64,000 nt of DNA from Nannocystis bainbridge (GTDB taxonomy: Bacteria > Myxococcota_A > Polyangia > Nannocystales > Nannocystaceae). Positions 19,847 through 29,500 of the stretch are shown piece by piece (within the stretch, counting starts at the first letter, position 1; each line of letters opens with the position of its first letter). The stretch lies in assembly GCF_028368995.1 (NCBI RefSeq), contig NZ_JAQNDL010000001.1, positions 1,376,001 to 1,440,000 on the forward strand, given 5' to 3'. The notes below the pieces were generated by a model. The model ran no database searches. It was not told where the DNA came from and was given only the letters and a program-made list of their open reading frames with translations. The position numbers were made by a program, and so were the translations under genes.

Positions 19847-21692
19847 TGTCGAGCACCGCCGCCGTCAGCACCAGGCCGAAGGCCATCGACGCCAGCAGCC
19901 CGAGCGCGCGCCACAGCACCGCGCGCTGGGCCTTGCGCACCTCGACCGCCACCTCGGGGCCATGCCCGAGCATCTCGCGGGCCAGCCGTTCGGCCGCGCC
20001 GCGGTGGCTGACGACGATCAGCAGCGTCGTCACGGCTAGGAACAGCCCGCCGCCGCCGAGCAGCAGCAGGCGTACGCGCCCGGCCCACAGCCGGCGCAGC
20101 GCCGTCATGTCCGCGTCCTCGCGCCCGCGGGTCGTCAGCGCCGTGGGCGGCCCGTGGATCTCGACCGGCAGCGTCCCGATCAGCCACGCCTCCGTCAGCT
20201 GCTGCGCCTCCGCATCGAGGCTCACCGTCGCCAGCGCGTCGAGGTACTTGCCCTCGAGCGCGGCGTCGAACTCCTTCTCCACCCGCGGCATGCCCAGCCG
20301 CTCGCGCTGCAGCCCGATCAGCGTCGAAAGGGCCGGCTTCTGCCCCGGGCCCGGGCCGAGCACCACCCGCGCCAGCGCCGACGACTCGCCCGGCGCGTTG
20401 GTGAAGTGATACGCCTCGACCTGCACCAGCCCCGGCGACAGCCCGGCCGACGACCACGTGCGCGGCGGCTCCGGCCCGACCACCGGCGGCTCGAGCGTAT
20501 CGACCCACGCCCCGTCGGGCCCGCGCACGTCGACGAACACCGCCCGCTTGGGCCGCAGCCCGCGCGCCTTGATCGTCAATGTGTCGCCGGCCCCCGCTGT
20601 CCACGGCGCCGCGTCGACCGTCACCGCGCCCGCGAAGCTGACCATGCGGAACTTCCGCGCCGCGACCGGCTCGACGCTCGCGGCGCCGTCTTTCGCCGCG
20701 CTCCCGTCCTCGTCCTTCGCCCCCGGCCCCTTCGCCTCGCGCGCGATGTCCTCCGCGCTCGCCCCCGCATCCTTCGCGCCCGCGTCCTTGCTCGCGCTCC
20801 CCTTCGGCCCGACCTTCCCCTTCGGACCTGCTCCCTCGGACACGTCCTTCGCAGCAGGTCCTTCCGCACCTGACCCTACGGACATGTCCTGAGCGCCTGG
20901 CAGCGCCCGCACCTCGAAGCGGACCACGTCGGTGGCCAGCAGCCCGGCGACGCGGACCAGCCCCGCCGCGTCCGTCTCGCCGCGCACGACCGTCGCCGGC
21001 GCGTCGGCCGACGACTTGTGCGGCCCGAACTCGCCGTCGAGCAGGCGGACCTCGACCGGCCCCTGGCGCGGCTTTCCCTCCGCGTCGGTCACGCGGGCCA
21101 CCAGCGCGTTCTCGAAGCCGGCCGCCAGCCGGCCCAGCGGACGCAGCACGATGCGCAGCTTCTCGGGCTGCGATTCGGTGTCGTCCGCGTAGTTTTTCGT
21201 CGAACCCGACACCGTCGGCGTCCCGCGTCGGAGCGCGCGCGACGCGACGAGCTCCACCTCGACCACCTCGCGGAACTGCTCGTGCCCCGAGATCGCCAGC
21301 TCGAGCGTCGCCGGGCCCGGAGCCCAGTCAGGGGCCGTCAGCCGCCCTTGCGCCATCCCCACCGCGGCCGCGTCGCGCAGCGTCCCGAGCGACGCGCGCT
21401 CCTCGCCGCGCCGCAGCGTCGCCTCGACCTGCGCTTCCGGCACCGCCTGACCGGCGCCGTTCAACACCTGCACGCGGGCCGCCACCGGCTCGCCCGCGAC
21501 CCACTGCGGCTCGACCTGCACGATCGCCGAGTGCGTCACGTGCCACCCTGCGATCGCAAACGACGCGAAGATCGCCGCGCCCATCCCGAGCGGCGCGCCG
21601 ATCACGGGCAGCAAGTACACGAACCGCGACAGCGCGGCAGACCGAGTGATCTCGGCGGATTCGCTCGGCTCGCTCGGCGTCGCCACGGGCAC
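19827..21692 (-). CDS. Membrane-anchored hypothetical protein with Ig-like periplasmic region
   Basis: 621 aa; N-terminal TM, two C-terminal TMs, internal low-complexity AKD-rich loop. Confidence 0.7.
   Translation of the reverse strand: MPVATPSEPSESAEITRSAALSRFVYLLPVIGAPLGMGAAIFASFAIAGWHVTHSAIVQVEPQWVAGEPVAARVQVLNGAGQAVPEAQVEATLRRGEERASLGTLRDAAAVGMAQGRLTAPDWAPGPATLELAISGHEQFREVVEVELVASRALRRGTPTVSGSTKNYADDTESQPEKLRIVLRPLGRLAAGFENALVARVTDAEGKPRQGPVEVRLLDGEFGPHKSSADAPATVVRGETDAAGLVRVAGLLATDVVRFEVRALPGAQDMSVGSGAEGPAAKDVSEGAGPKGKVGPKGSASKDAGAKDAGASAEDIAREAKGPGAKDEDGSAAKDGAASVEPVAARKFRMVSFAGAVTVDAAPWTAGAGDTLTIKARGLRPKRAVFVDVRGPDGAWVDTLEPPVVGPEPPRTWSSAGLSPGLVQVEAYHFTNAPGESSALARVVLGPGPGQKPALSTLIGLQRERLGMPRVEKEFDAALEGKYLDALATVSLDAEAQQLTEAWLIGTLPVEIHGPPTALTTRGREDADMTALRRLWAGRVRLLLLGGGGLFLAVTTLLIVVSHRGAAERLAREMLGHGPEVAVEVRKAQRAVLWRALGLLASMAFGLVLTAAVLDKLFWQT
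20823..20890. repeat. Degenerate intragenic 14-bp-phased array
   Basis: Cores at 20827, 20841, 20855, 20869 and 20883 inside the CDS, encoding QDMSVGSGAEGPAAKDVSEGAGP. Confidence 0.65.
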
Positions 21693-21742
21693 CGGCCACC
21701 GTAGCAGACGCGACGCTGTTTCGGTATCCTCCCGCGCGCCTC

Positions 21743-23053
21743 ATGAAGCTCAGCGTCATCGGTACAGGGTATGTCGGCCTCGTCGCCGCCGCGGTGTTCG
21801 CCGACTACGGAAACGATGTCCTGTGCGCGGACATCGACGCCGGCAAGATCGACTCGATCAAGGCCGGCAAGCTGCCCATCTTCGAGCCCGGGCTCGAGCC
21901 GCTGGTCGAGCACAACATCCAGGCCGGGCGCCTGCGCTTCACCACCAGCAACGCCGAGGCCGCGGTCCACGGCGACGTCATCTTCCTCGCCGTCGGCACG
22001 CCGACGGCCGCCGACGGCAGCGCCGACCTGTCGTACCTCTACCAGGCCGCGAGCGAGATCGGGCGCCACATCACCCGGCCGACGATCATCGTCGACAAGA
22101 GCACCGTGCCGGTCGGTACCGCCGAGCGGATCGCCCGCATCGTCGGCGAGCAGACCCGCGTCCCGTTCACCGTCGTCTCGAACCCCGAGTTCCTCAAAGA
22201 GGGCGCCGCGGTCGACGACTTCATGCACCCCGACCGCGTCATCGTCGGCACCGACGACCCGCACGCGCGCGAGGTCCTGCACCGCCTCTACCAGCCGTTC
22301 TGCCGCACCAGCGACCGGATCCTGTTCATGGACGCGCGCTCGGCCGAGCTCACCAAGTACGCCTGCAACGCCTACCTCGCCGCGCGCATCAGCTTCATGA
22401 ACGACATGGCCAACCTCGCCGACGCGCTCGGGGCCGACGTCGAGCTGGTGCGCCGCGGCATGGGCTCCGATCCGCGGATCGGCAACAAGTTCCTCTACCC
22501 CGGCGTCGGCTACGGCGGCTCCTGCTTCCCCAAGGACATCCGCGCCCTGCTCACCACCGCCCGCGAGTTCGGCCACTCGCTCGAGATCGTCGCCAGCGCC
22601 GAGCGCATCAACGAGGCCCAGAAGCTCGTCATCGTCCGCAAGCTGCGCCAGCGGCTCGGCAGCGACCTGGCCGGCAAGACCTTCACCGTGTGGGGCCTGT
22701 CGTTCAAGCCCAACACCGACGACGTGCGCGAGGCCCCGGCGCTGAAGATCGTCCGCACCCTCGTCGGCGACGGCGCTCGCCTGCGCCTGCACGACCCCGA
22801 GGCCGGCAAGAACTTCATCGCCAACCTCAGCCCGCACGTCGCCGCCTCCTGCACCCTCGCCGCCGACCCCTACGACGCCGCCGAGGGCGCCCACGCGCTC
22901 ATCCTCGCCACCGAGTGGCGAGAGTACCGCAGCCCCGACTTCGAGCGCCTCAAGCGGATCATGGCCGGCACCCACCTGTTCGACGGCCGCAACCAGTGGG
23001 ACCGCCAGCACGTCGAGGCCCTCGGCTTCGAATACGCCGGCATCGGCCGCTGA
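21743..23053 (+). CDS. ugd: UDP-glucose 6-dehydrogenase
   Basis: IGTGYVG, AVGTP, KSTVPVGT, SNPEFLKEG, GYGGSCFPKD and FKPNTDDVRE motifs. Confidence 0.96.
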   Translation: MKLSVIGTGYVGLVAAAVFADYGNDVLCADIDAGKIDSIKAGKLPIFEPGLEPLVEHNIQAGRLRFTTSNAEAAVHGDVIFLAVGTPTAADGSADLSYLYQAASEIGRHITRPTIIVDKSTVPVGTAERIARIVGEQTRVPFTVVSNPEFLKEGAAVDDFMHPDRVIVGTDDPHAREVLHRLYQPFCRTSDRILFMDARSAELTKYACNAYLAARISFMNDMANLADALGADVELVRRGMGSDPRIGNKFLYPGVGYGGSCFPKDIRALLTTAREFGHSLEIVASAERINEAQKLVIVRKLRQRLGSDLAGKTFTVWGLSFKPNTDDVREAPALKIVRTLVGDGARLRLHDPEAGKNFIANLSPHVAASCTLAADPYDAAEGAHALILATEWREYRSPDFERLKRIMAGTHLFDGRNQWDRQHVEALGFEYAGIGR

Positions 23054-23089
23054 CCGCCCGGGCGCAGCGGCGCCGCTCGTGAGTCTCTC

Positions 23090-23153
23090 AGGACATGTTC
23101 ATCCGGACATGTCCTGAAGCCTATGTACTTTCGCGCATGCCCGTTCGGACAGC
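23090..23153. repeat. 14-bp-phased palindromic array
   Basis: Cores at 23094, 23108, 23122, 23136 and 23150, downstream of ugd. Confidence 0.85.
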
Positions 23154-23621
23154 CGGCGCTCGCCGCCCGCTCGTGCCCCTGACGGCCCGCGCGAGCGACC
23201 GCCCGCGCGGCCCGGCGCTGTCGTCGTGCCCCTGACGCTCGACCGAGCGCCCGCTCGCGTCGGGCGCCCGACCGTCCATTCACGCTCTCGCGCCTCTCGC
23301 CTCGCAACGCCCGCAGGCGCTCGAGCGACCGCGCATTCCACTCCTCAGCCCCCGACGCCACGCCCGCAGCCATCACCGCGCCGGCGATCGGGCAGTCGCC
23401 CCGCGGCCCCGTGAACCTCGCCCACCTCGCCGCAACTTCACCACCGCGACCGGCACCGCCCGCGCCGTCACACATGTCGGATTGTTCGCCGGGGTAACTC
23501 GCCCCATACGGGATCGTCCTCGAACCGCCCGCAGACTGGTCTCTGCGGGCTCTACCGCGATTGCGACGACGCGCTCGATGCATGACGCGCCGCGTGTTCG
23601 TCGCTCGCGCCTGGAGAACCC

Positions 23622-24995
23622 ATGATCCTGCAAGCCACTGTCATCACCCTGCTCACCTTCGCCGCCGACCCCTCGGCCCGCGCCCGCCTCTCGCAGCTCC
23701 TCGCCGCCCAGCGCAGCGCCCCCGACCCGGTCGCGCTCGCCCCCGAGGAGCCGCGCAACGAGCCCAGCATCAGCACCGTCTACCCCAGCCGGGCCTTCCT
23801 GGAGCGCACCCTCGACATCACCATCGGCGGCGACGACACCGAGTGGACCGACGCCGCCCTCGTCGACTTCGGCGACGGCATCCGCGTCGAGAGCGTGCGC
23901 GTCGCCAGCCCCACCGGCCTGGTCGCGCGCATCACCGTCGACGACGACGCCGCGCTCGGCGCCCGCGACGTCACCGTGCGCGAGGGCGAGGTCGAGGTCG
24001 TCTACGCCGGCGCCTTCACCCTCGAGGCGCCCCTCGCCTTCAAGGTCCTCAACGGCACGCGCGCCGCCGGATCGATCTTGAACGGCAAGCTCGTCCAGCG
24101 CGACATCACCACCCCGTTCGACCCGATCGACAACACCCTCACCTTCGACGACCCCGGCTTCACCGTCGATTACTTGTACGCCCAGCAGTACACCGCCGAG
24201 TTCGCCCTGCTCGTCGACGTCCCCGTGGCCGCCGGCACCTACGACCTCACCGTCGTCAGCGGTCTCGCCGGCGCCCAGCTGCGGTCGACCGGCCCTGACA
24301 TCCTCCCGATCGCCGCTCGCACCCCGCTCCCGCTCGAGGTCGGCGACAACCCCGGCGCGCTGAAGGAACCCTTCGGCACCAAGCTGTACAAGTTCACCCC
24401 GCCGGCCGAGCCGACCCGGCTCACGCTCTCCGTCACCGCCGACATCGAGGGCGCGAGCCCCATCCTCGCCGTGTTGCCCGCCAGCGGCCGCTTCGCCGAC
24501 CTGCTCGGCGCCGACGCGCGGGTCGTCGTCGACAGCAACAGCGCCGCGCCGATCTACGTCATCTACTGGGACGCCACCGGCGCCGACGCCCACGCCTACA
24601 CCATCAACCTCGCCACCGCCCCGCCGCCGCCGCCCGAGGCCGAGCCGAACGACGACTGTGCCGCCGCCACCCCGGTCACCGCCGCGTCGTCGACCCTCGG
24701 CGAGCTGCGCGACAACAGCGACGTCGACTGGTTCGTGTTCACCGCCGGGGCCGCCGACGTCGGCAAGACCGTGCACGTGCGCACCCAGCCCGGCCAGCCG
24801 ACCACCGACACCGTCGTCGAGGTATTCGCCGCCGACTGCACCACCTCGCTCGGCGGCCCCTCGCCCGACTTCGCCTACCACGAAGACTTCACCAGCACCG
24901 CCCTCGCGGTCGCCGGCCCCGTCTACGTCAAGGTCAGCCTCAGCGCCGAGGCCTCCGAGGGCGGCACCTACGAGCTGACGATCGCGCTCGAGTGA
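23622..24995 (+). CDS. Secreted Ig-like/PPC-like domain protein (paralog of 27809-29371)
   Basis: RBS GGAGA; EPND...DVDWF motif; colinear similarity with the downstream paralog. Confidence 0.8.
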   Translation: MILQATVITLLTFAADPSARARLSQLLAAQRSAPDPVALAPEEPRNEPSISTVYPSRAFLERTLDITIGGDDTEWTDAALVDFGDGIRVESVRVASPTGLVARITVDDDAALGARDVTVREGEVEVVYAGAFTLEAPLAFKVLNGTRAAGSILNGKLVQRDITTPFDPIDNTLTFDDPGFTVDYLYAQQYTAEFALLVDVPVAAGTYDLTVVSGLAGAQLRSTGPDILPIAARTPLPLEVGDNPGALKEPFGTKLYKFTPPAEPTRLTLSVTADIEGASPILAVLPASGRFADLLGADARVVVDSNSAAPIYVIYWDATGADAHAYTINLATAPPPPPEAEPNDDCAAATPVTAASSTLGELRDNSDVDWFVFTAGAADVGKTVHVRTQPGQPTTDTVVEVFAADCTTSLGGPSPDFAYHEDFTSTALAVAGPVYVKVSLSAEASEGGTYELTIALE

Positions 24996-25445
24996 TTCTT
25001 TTAAACCGATCCGCCGGCCGCCGGCCGCGAGCCACGCCTCGCGGCCGGCGCCGTCGTCTGCTCGCCGGCCGGCGTTCTACCTGTCCCGAGAGACATCCTG
25101 TTCATCGCGGCGGTCCGGGCGCCCACGCGCGCACGAGCCCGACGACCGGGCGCCGGCACCTCGCGGTCCCGAGGCGATCGTGCGCCCGCGGAATGTCGCC
25201 ACGCGATCGCCGGTCACGCGCCCCCTCCCATCAATTTGTGCGAGGCCACGAATCGGCACATACAGCGAATCGACCCCCGGCATGCGCCCAGGAGACGCAC
25301 GTGTCCGCTCGATCTACCGGCCCGCTGCGGGCGACCTCGACTGCAATGATGGGACTTGCGCCCGCCGGGCTCGACCTCGATTGCGACGGCACGGTACGCC
25401 CATTGCGATCGCTCTCTTCGCTCTCACGTCAAGGAGTCTGAAACC

Positions 25446-26009
25446 ATGTTCGTCCGTACAGTCCTGACTCTGGTCCTCTTCACCACCTCGACCGTCGCGG
25501 TCGCCCGCGAGCCGGTTCCGCCGGTCCGCTCCGGCTACGCCGGCGGGCTCGCCCCCGTCCTGCTCGCCGCGCGCACGCCTCAGTCGCCGGACACCAGCGA
25601 GCCTGTGCTCACCGAGCCGACCACGCCCTCGTCCGTCAGCCCGCCGAGCGCCACCCCGCCGCCGCAGAGCATCCGCCCGCCGCGGATCCAGGCCCACGAG
25701 TGGGAGCGCGAGCGGCGGAAGCTGCGGGCCCAGACCGCCGTCTCGTGGGTGCTCACCGGCATCGGTATGGCCGGTACGGCCGTCCCGCTGGGCATGTTGC
25801 GCCGGTGCGACGACCTCGACCGCACCCGCGCCGTCGACTGCAGCCAGGAGCGGCGGACCGCCGCGATCGCGGCCCCGATCTTCGGCGCCCTCACGCTCGC
25901 CGCGATCATCCCCGCGATCATCTACACGACCCGGCTCAGCCGCCACAACCGCTACAGCGGCATGGCCCGCCTCGGCGCCTCGCCTGGCGGCCTGCTGATC
26001 CGCTTCTAG
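25446..26009 (+). CDS. Hypothetical exported/membrane protein
   Basis: RBS AAGGAG; signal-like N-terminus, two hydrophobic segments, terminal Phe. Confidence 0.7.
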   Translation: MFVRTVLTLVLFTTSTVAVAREPVPPVRSGYAGGLAPVLLAARTPQSPDTSEPVLTEPTTPSSVSPPSATPPPQSIRPPRIQAHEWERERRKLRAQTAVSWVLTGIGMAGTAVPLGMLRRCDDLDRTRAVDCSQERRTAAIAAPIFGALTLAAIIPAIIYTTRLSRHNRYSGMARLGASPGGLLIRF

Positions 26010-26158
26010 ACGGCTCGCGCGCCCGGGTTCGCGCCCGCCACGCGCCATCGGGGTCCCCAGGCCCCGCCCGATCGTCCTCCGAGGAGACGCCGCGCCGCGC
26101 GGCCGACCGCATACACTACCGCGGTCGGCCGCGCGTCGCGGTCGCCGGCGCGATCGTC

Positions 26159-26205
26159 CCTGTCCCATGCGACATGTCCTGCGTAACCTGTCCCTGAGTA
26201 CATTG
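26159..26205. repeat. 14-bp-phased array overlapping a lipoprotein start
   Basis: Cores at 26159, 26173, 26187 and 26201. Confidence 0.7.
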
Positions 26206-27012
26206 CTCGCCTGCGGCGGCGGCGTCGGCCCGGGCGACGAGCCCACCGCCGCCACCACCTCCGGGCCTGCCACCGACACCACCGCCGCCGCAACCACCAC
26301 GGGCGACGCGACGGGCACCACCGGCACGACCACCGACCCGGAGCCGACCACGCTCACCCCGTGGCCGACCACCAGCGCCACCAGCGGCACCGACGGCCCG
26401 GTCGACGCCGGCCCCTGCCCTGGCTACGCCCTCGTCCTCGATCGGCCCGGACCTGTCCTTTGGGCCACCACCGACGGCAGCGTCTTCGAGAGCCCGTTCT
26501 TGCAGCCGGGCCAGGGCTTCACCTGCGTGCGCGTCGAGTTCGACCTGCAGACGCTCGCCAACCTCGACGACATCATCGCCATGGACCCCGAGGGCTGCCC
26601 CGAGTACTTCGGCATCGCCTCGGTGTTCGGCACCCAGCCCGCCGGCAAGGTCCTGGCCACCGTCTTTTATCACCCGATGGATCGCGCCCGCGGCGAGTGC
26701 CTGCCCAGCGCCAGCCGCCTCGAGGTCGGCAACCACCTCGCGTACACCGCCGACACCGTCGGTCCCTGGTCTCCGGGACAGGTGTGGCACGTCATCCTCG
26801 AGGCGAGGCCGTGGCTCACGCGGGTCACCGTGTTCAGCGGCGGCAAGCAGATCGGGCCGATGGTCACCGCCGCGCTCGACCCGCTCGACGTCGCCGTCAC
26901 CCGCGACCCCGTGGTCCGCCTCGGCCTGCCGGGCCCGGCCGAAGATCGCTTCTATCCGTGGTACGGCGCCACCTGGGCCAACCTGCAAGTCTGGGCCGAA
27001 GTCGCCCCGTGA
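26167..27012 (+). CDS. Lipoprotein with Thr-rich linker, unknown function
   Basis: LLAC lipobox; Thr-rich segment. Confidence 0.78.
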   Translation: MRHVLRNLSLSTLLACGGGVGPGDEPTAATTSGPATDTTAAATTTGDATGTTGTTTDPEPTTLTPWPTTSATSGTDGPVDAGPCPGYALVLDRPGPVLWATTDGSVFESPFLQPGQGFTCVRVEFDLQTLANLDDIIAMDPEGCPEYFGIASVFGTQPAGKVLATVFYHPMDRARGECLPSASRLEVGNHLAYTADTVGPWSPGQVWHVILEARPWLTRVTVFSGGKQIGPMVTAALDPLDVAVTRDPVVRLGLPGPAEDRFYPWYGATWANLQVWAEVAP

Positions 27013-27018
27013 AGCTCC

Positions 27019-27498
27019 ATGACCCGACCCTTCGCCGAAGCCACGATCGACATTGAAGCCTCCCCTGCGTGCGTTTGGGCGGTGATGCTCGACCTGCCGC
27101 GCTACCACGAATGGAACCCCTTCATCGTCGGCGTCGAGCACTCCGGGCCGGCCGCGCTGGACGCCGCGCTGCGCCTGCGCGTGCGCTGGAATGACGGCAC
27201 CGGCGCCAGCTCCGGCGAGCGCATCACCGAGCTCACCGCCCCCGACGGCGAGCGGCCCGGGCGGCTCGCCTACCGCTTCACCGGCCTCCTGCCGACATTG
27301 GGCCTGGTCCGCGCCACCCGCATCCAGCAAATCACCCCGCTGCCGGGCGGACACACCCGCTATTTCACCCGCGAGGAGTTCGCCGGGCTGTTGACCCGCT
27401 TCCTCCCGCTGGCCAAGGTCCGGGACGGCTTCGACCGCCACGCTCGCGCCCTCAAGGCTCGCGCCGAGGCGCTTGCGAGCGCCCCGGAAGCCCGCTGA
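27019..27498 (+). CDS. SRPBCC/polyketide cyclase-like protein
   Basis: IDIEASPACVWAVMLDLPRYHEWNPF...ALKARAE pattern. Confidence 0.9.
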   Translation: MTRPFAEATIDIEASPACVWAVMLDLPRYHEWNPFIVGVEHSGPAALDAALRLRVRWNDGTGASSGERITELTAPDGERPGRLAYRFTGLLPTLGLVRATRIQQITPLPGGHTRYFTREEFAGLLTRFLPLAKVRDGFDRHARALKARAEALASAPEAR

Positions 27499-27520
27499 CG
27501 GCCCCTTTACGGCCCGCCCG

Positions 27521-27664
27521 AGAACATGTCCTTCTGGACATGTCCTAAAGCCCATCCTGCGACCGGCCGCCGCCGCGGCCCCGCTCCAGGTCGCGCACGC
27601 AGCGCGAATGGCACGGCTGCACACGGATTGTCATGTCTCTCCGGACCTGTCCCGAAGGACATTT
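27521..27664. repeat. Two short 14-bp-phased arrays
   Basis: Cores at 27525, 27539, 27553 and at 27632, 27646, 27660. Confidence 0.8.
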
Positions 27665-27808
27665 ATCATCAGTCCCCGCGCGCCCGCGCGCCACGGTCAC
27701 GTGACCGCCGGGCGGCTCCGCGCGGCCGTGGGGCTGGCCCCAGAGCCGATCGGACCTCCCGCGGAATGCGTCACCTGCGCGTGGAGATTTCGTTACCATC
27801 CCGTTCAC

Positions 27809-29371
27809 ATGATGACTTCGCGCAATAGAGATAGACACCTTGATTTGTTGGTCGCGGCGATGGCCGTGATGCCGGTGATGGCAGTGGGATGTGGCGACTC
27901 GACCGCGAGCAGCGCCAGCGACTCCGACACGGAGACCGACGGCACCGGCTCCGAGTCCGACACCGACGCCCTGCCGACCACCACCGCGGGCCCGCCCGGC
28001 CCCCCCGGAGAGCCCGGCGAGCCCGGCGAGCCCGGTGAGCCCGGCGAGCCCGGCGAGCCTGGCCCGCCCGGCGAGCCCGGCCCCGGCAGCGACCCGAGCA
28101 TCAGCGGCATCGTCCCCGGCAAGGTCTATCTCGAGCGCACCCTCGACGTGGCGATCAGCGGCTTCGGCACCCAGTGGACCGACGCGGTCGCCGTCGACTT
28201 CGGCGAGAACGTGACCGTCAACAGCGTGACCGTGGCCAGCCCGACCGGCATCCTGGCCAACATCACCGTCGACGCCGGCGCCAGCATCGGCGCGCGCGAC
28301 GTGACGGTCAGCGAGGGCGGCAGCGACGTGGTGTACGCCGGCGCCTTCAAGGTCGAGGCCCCGCTGACGCTGCTGGAGCCGATCACCGGCACCCTCGCGT
28401 CCGGCTCGATCATCGTCGGCGACGCCTTCCAGCACGACATCTCGACCCCGTTCGACACCACCCAGACCGGCGACGGTCTGTTCGAGCCGATCGCCTACCC
28501 GAACATCCTCATCGGCGGCAGCGACCCGGGCATCTACGGCGACATCAACTCGGTCAACCTCTACAGCCTCAACTACCTGCTGTTCGTCGACGTGCCGGTG
28601 GCCGCCGGCACCTACGACGTCGGCGTGCTGAGCGGCCCGGAGGGCTCCGAAATCTCGTCGACGGCCCCGGCCGCGCTCGAGATCGCGGCCCGCGCTCCGG
28701 TCCCGCTGACCGAGGGCAACGAAGAGGTCGGCTCGATCGCCGAGCCGCTCGAGACCCAGCTCTACTCGTTCACCCCGCCGGCCGAGCCGAAGAAGATCAC
28801 CTTCTCGATCGCCTCCGCCGACGCCGAAGCCTCCGCGCGGGCGATCGCCTTGCCGGCCAGCGGCAGCTTCGCCGACCTGATCAAGTTCGACTCCGAGATC
28901 TCGGTCTACACCAACTCGGAGGACCCGTTCTACCTGGTCTACTGGGACAACAGCGGCTACTCGGGCTACGACTTCACGATCAACGTCACCGTCGCCGACC
29001 CGCCCCCGCCGGAGACCGAGCCGAACAACGAGTGCGCGCAGGCCAACGAGCTCACGCTGCCCTCGCTGACCTTCGCCACCCTGCCCGACCAGCAGGACGT
29101 CGACTGGTTCAAGTTCACCGCCACCGACGCCGACATCGGCAAGGTCATCCACGTGCTGACCCAGGCCGGCGACGACACCACCGACACCGTCGTCGAGGTG
29201 TTCGAGGGCGACTGCACCACCTCGCTCGGCGGCCCCTCGAGCGACGACGACTACCACGAGGATTTCACCAGCGAGGCGATCCCCGCCGCCGGTGACTACT
29301 TCGTGAAGGTCACCTACTCGGACTTCGGCTACACCACGCCGAACTACGAGCTCCAGGTCGTGATCGAGTAA
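27809..29371 (+). CDS. Lipoprotein with collagen-like repeat and Ig-like/PPC-like domains
   Basis: AVGC lipobox, about 11 G-X-Y triplets, EPNN...DVDWF motif; paralog of 23622-24995. Confidence 0.85.
   Translation: MMTSRNRDRHLDLLVAAMAVMPVMAVGCGDSTASSASDSDTETDGTGSESDTDALPTTTAGPPGPPGEPGEPGEPGEPGEPGEPGPPGEPGPGSDPSISGIVPGKVYLERTLDVAISGFGTQWTDAVAVDFGENVTVNSVTVASPTGILANITVDAGASIGARDVTVSEGGSDVVYAGAFKVEAPLTLLEPITGTLASGSIIVGDAFQHDISTPFDTTQTGDGLFEPIAYPNILIGGSDPGIYGDINSVNLYSLNYLLFVDVPVAAGTYDVGVLSGPEGSEISSTAPAALEIAARAPVPLTEGNEEVGSIAEPLETQLYSFTPPAEPKKITFSIASADAEASARAIALPASGSFADLIKFDSEISVYTNSEDPFYLVYWDNSGYSGYDFTINVTVADPPPPETEPNNECAQANELTLPSLTFATLPDQQDVDWFKFTATDADIGKVIHVLTQAGDDTTDTVVEVFEGDCTTSLGGPSSDDDYHEDFTSEAIPAAGDYFVKVTYSDFGYTTPNYELQVVIE
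27989..28087 (+). repeat. Collagen-like coding repeat (GPP/GEP, 9-bp unit)
   Basis: GPPGPPGEPGEPGEPGEPGEPGEPGPPGEPGPG. Confidence 0.9.
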
Positions 29372-29500
29372 CCCTCGGATTTCGCCCGCTCGGCGCTCGC
29401 TCCGCGGACCGCGGGCGAGCGCCGCGTCGCGACTGCAAAGCGCCGCTCGGCGGGTCCTGGCGCACTGTACATCCAATCAGCCCCGGGCTAAGCTGCGCCC

